DNA of 64,000 nt from Tubulanus polymorphus (lineage: Eukaryota > Animalia > Nemertea). Position 1 is the first letter of the stretch, and each line of letters begins with the position of its first letter. This document shows, piece by piece, positions 61,301-64,000 of this stretch. The position numbers and the translations under genes are program-made. The stretch lies in assembly GCF_964204645.1 (NCBI RefSeq), contig NC_134026.1, positions 23,408,150-23,472,149 of the forward strand, written 5' to 3'. Under the pieces are notes generated by a model, which had not been told where the DNA came from, did no database searches, and worked only from the letters and a program-made list of their open reading frames with translations.

Positions 61301-63124
61301 TAGCTCTAATTCAACAATGACGTAAGCGCCACTAGTGCGCCACTAGTGCTGCTGCATGCACTTCATAATATCAAAGCGTAGCTTCCTTACAGTTGCATGT
61401 TATGAAAATTGAAATGCAAAAAAATCATCGTGGATATCAGTCACCATTAACACTCATTTCTGGAGTATTTTGAGTTGATAGGCCTAAATGTCTAAATCGA
61501 ATTTCGGAGTCAAACAACATCTATAGGACTGTTGGTGATATGACAGCTGCCTCATGGTGCCCAGCAGACTGCCAGCAAATCAGTGATCTGGGCAGCTGGC
61601 AGTTCGATTATGGCAATAAGAATCTATCAATATCCCCCATAGATATATATCGAGGTCAAGCAGAATTTGTGCACATAAATCTAATCCAGTGTTATATCGC
61701 TGTTTATCCGCCAGTAGTCATAAAACTCATATAGATCCACACTGGGGCAACCCATCATTTACAGACCTGTGAATTATCCATTTGTAAATGGACAATCTAA
61801 TTAATTGCTTCCTAGGCAATATTGGCCATTAGAAAGGTACATTACTCGCCCGAGCTAGAACATCACAGACTGGAAAACACTAATGCGATAGTTTGAAGGT
61901 AATATCATGGATAATCAATTGCTTTTACTTTGACCCTTATATCCAATCCACTAAAAAAGATTTTCTTATGCAATAAAAAGGCAATGATACTCTCCATATT
62001 ATATATAGACAATTCTCCTTCAGCACAGATTCATACCTGGTAGCATCAACAGAATCAGTCAACCCATGGACAACTCCATGGTCAACTCTTGGAGTAATCA
62101 TTGATTACTCCAAGGTCAACCACAGCACAAACTGCTGCCTGAGTAGCTCCGGTGTGCAATGCGTACTCTCAGGCTTATCAGACAGGGTTTCCTGCCTGGT
62201 GATGGTATCAAGTTCGAATCTCTGCCAAGGGAGGATGGTGTACACTGATCCAATATGTAACAGAAAACATGCATATCGTACTTCCCAATCTTTATATTCA
62301 TAAAATAAGATATATAGTAGGCGCATGTGTTTCTTTTGGTTTTCGAGAATAACAAAATCACAGACAGGACAAAAATACTTCATACAAAGCAACTTCGATT
62401 ACCTGTCCAAGGCAAGTAGAACCGTAGTGGCCTCCGGACAATTCCCAAGCTCTTACATTATTAGATGATAACCTTTAAAAACATTTATTGCTGAGCACTT
62501 TGTAATGAAATTTCTCAAAGGCATTGCAAATGGTTTTCTGTTTTTGATGAAGTCGCTGTGATCAATGATGACATTTAAGTAACTATGCTAGCTATTGTGT
62601 CTGTATTTGTCAATGAAGAATCGTACTGTCTTTGTCATTCATTGAAAAATCCTTCATCGCAGTTCCCTTTTTTCATATTTACCAGGCTAAAAACTGATAG
62701 TAATTATGAAATGAATGCCATAGCTCCAGGAAAGCTAAAAAAATTAAGAACTTCAGCCCAAGGTGAAAAAATAGGAATTAAAAGCCACGAAAAGTTTTAC
62801 CAATAGAGATAAGTATTAAGATTTGCTGCAGAAATAGTGTACAACAATGCCTGCGCAATTCACAAGTTCTGTACGTAATATTTCAAGGCATCAATAAACA
62901 ATCAAGTTAGTTTTGTTGTTTATCCTTAGCAAAGACGGTCTGTTGCATAAACATTGCTTTCTCTGATAAGAGCTGGCTGAAAATGAAACACATATACATG
63001 AAAATTAAAGTATAATATAAGAGTACAGTTTCCTTACCATCAAGCAGTTTTTGCTCAGAGTCTGGTAATTTATGATGTGATTTATCTTTCGCTACCTCCG
63101 CATGTTTGGGAGCTGCAACATCCC
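36208..63124 (-). CDS. PDE7: High-affinity cAMP-specific phosphodiesterase 7 (5'-partial). Exons (minus) 63124-63038, 60982-60840, 53652-53589, 53474-53379, 46603-46503, 42489-42358, 41832-41741, 40901-40820, 39698-39633, 39110-39014, 38896-38816, 37229-36208
   Basis: [76 protein letters not shown] (PDE7-type HHW), [31 protein letters not shown] (invariant Gln). All junctions are GT-AG and phase-compatible. The 63124-63038 exon is the least certain. Confidence 0.95.
42050..42302 (-). mobile_element. Second, inverted copy of the interspersed repeat at 7537-7893
   Basis: The reverse complement contains GGATTTTGCCAGGGTCAAACTGACCTGGACTAGACCAGAGTCAAATTTG and TGTCAAACAGGCACAGACCCATTT. Confidence 0.6.
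44298..44392. mobile_element. Small PIF/Harbinger-like MITE (~95 bp)
   Basis: Inverted repeat GGGCTCTAAGTTTCACGAAAAAGTTAAA ... TTTAACTTTTTCGTGATACTGGACCC with a perfect 16-bp core; GGG...CCC termini. Confidence 0.5.
46365..46410 (+). repeat. (TAG)n microsatellite with one interruption
   Basis: Direct inspection; it produces the spurious poly-Tyr ORF 46242-46427. Confidence 0.95.
49068..49340. repeat. Degenerate ~154-bp-period repeat resembling Helitron/Helentron-associated tandem units
   Basis: CCAAAATCAAT at 49096 and 49250, with GCCATCTT, CCAAATTTCA and AGATGGCC motifs; family assignment rests on recalled resemblance only. Confidence 0.35.
49356..49403. repeat. 24-bp perfect tandem duplication
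   Basis: AAATGTCTCTATATACTATTTTGA x2. Confidence 0.9.
54646..55430. mobile_element. PIF/Harbinger (Tourist-like) MITE, copy 1 (785 bp)
   Basis: TAA | AGGCTGGCTTATGTCTACAAGCAACGCGA ... TCGCGTTGCTTGTCGACATAAGCCAGCCT | TAA: ~29-bp TIR, 3-bp TAA target duplication, repeated internal GCTTATGTCG motif, AT-rich core, no transposase ORF. Confidence 0.9.
56370..57148. mobile_element. PIF/Harbinger (Tourist-like) MITE, copy 2 (779 bp), same orientation as copy 1
   Basis: TAA | AGGCTGGCTTATGTCGACAAGCAAAGCGA ... TCGCGTTGCTTGTCGACATAAGCCAGTCT | TAA; collinear with copy 1 end to end, with scattered substitutions and small indels; flanks are unrelated. Confidence 0.9.
62058..62121. mobile_element. Two stacked excision-footprint-like palindromes at one 7-bp target (GTCAACC)
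   Basis: GTCAACC | CATGGA-CAAC-TCCATG | GTCAACT | CTTGGAGTAATCA-T-TGATTACTCCAAG | GTCAACC. Confidence 0.65.
62134..62233 (+). mobile_element. Possible tRNA-derived SINE-like fragment
   Basis: A-box-like TAGCTCCGGTG (62144) and B-box-like AGTTCGAATCT (62211) in a GC-richer patch; does not fold into a cloverleaf by eye. Confidence 0.25.
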
Positions 63125-64000
63125 CTTAAAAGAAAAAGAAACCAAGAAAATGAATAGATGGTGTAACATGGATGCAATGCGGTACATTTTCACAAGCTTG
63201 GAAATATTAAACAAAAAGTCTATATATCTTGAGACTTCGTCAAGAGAATTGGAAATTCGAAATCGAAAACAGTTAGAGAACAGAAAGAGCTCCGGCCCAG
63301 GCTGGGAGACAAAATACCAAACTTAAAATGTTTATAACTACGTAACTTGAATGCTTTACAGAAATCATATCTCAACATTTCATTCTTGATTGGTACAGTT
63401 TGAAATTGGAGTTATCATGATATTTTCTGGTGCAAAAGATGACTATTGATACACAACATTTTGTGAGCAAGTAATTTCTGGACATCTGGACATATTTCCA
63501 GAACCACAAAGAAAGACTTTGCCATAACAACTAAATCAAAAAATTTATAATAACATTGAAAACCATCGACATATTTACATTGGCCCAGTATTTATCGAAG
63601 AGGACTATATGGAATTCAGTTGACAGCACCCTTTTAGGCAAGTCATTATGAAACTACAAACAGAAACACACCTGGTGTTATCCTATTAACCAGTAACTAA
63701 TGAGCCTAAATGTGACCATACAGTACGTATATTCAATATCCATATATAATTAAACAAACAAAAGCATTCACCCACCAGCAGCTGTCACAATAAAATGGGC
63801 TGGCTTTGGCAATGTATCAAAGTATGCCTGAGTATAGAAGATATTTGAAATAAGAAGATGAAGTCAATCAATTCACACTAAGGCCAGAGGTTTGTGATCT
63901 CACATTACACATCGAACATTATAGCGTATTTTTTTAGCAGTTTTGTTTAAGGACAAGGTCTCTATCACACCTACACCTAAATCACTGTCGTGCTTTACCA

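Noticed and set aside
62058-62121. CRISPR-like repeat-spacer array
   Set aside because: Eukaryotic intron, 7-bp repeats, only three units, palindromic spacers and no cas genes; better explained as stacked transposon footprints.
62134-62233. tRNA gene
   Set aside because: Only A/B-box-like motifs are present, with no acceptor stem or cloverleaf; kept only as a low-confidence SINE-like fragment.
62403-62976. Extra PDE7 exon candidates (about 62472-62403, and an acceptor at 62977)
   Set aside because: They are phase-incompatible or reach a stop when joined to the phase-1 neighbours; exon 63038 joins 60982 cleanly without them.

Overview
AT-rich eukaryotic (metazoan) genomic DNA with many ~60-100 nt GT-AG introns, most consistent with a compact-genome invertebrate; the species cannot be determined from sequence alone. 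Five spliced protein-coding genes were reconstructed by hand: TTC38 (+, 5' end upstream of the window), ARFGAP1 (+, complete), ARMC1 (-, complete), an MTFR1/2-family gene (-, complete) and a PDE7-family cAMP phosphodiesterase (-, 5' end beyond the window). Most short ORFs in the supplied track are exon fragments or noise. Main observations: (1) ARMC1-MTFR-PDE7 are in the same order as on human 8q13, but packed head-to-tail on one strand; (2) ARFGAP1 has two paralogous 60-nt phase-0 exons encoding alternative ALPS2-like helices, a candidate transmembrane-encoding alternative first exon inside a 10-kb intron, and a possible new 33-nt microexon created by a local duplication; (3) PDE7 has a ~300-aa tail with three RRxS[LF]P motifs and three unusual catalytic-domain substitutions; (4) three loci show short palindromes between 7-8 bp direct repeats that resemble P-element/Galileo excision footprints; (5) a complex duplication downstream of PDE7 contains templated pieces of a PDE7 coding exon; (6) two Harbinger-type MITE copies and several other TE remnants. 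Comparisons with human proteins and gene order are from memory, not from searches.
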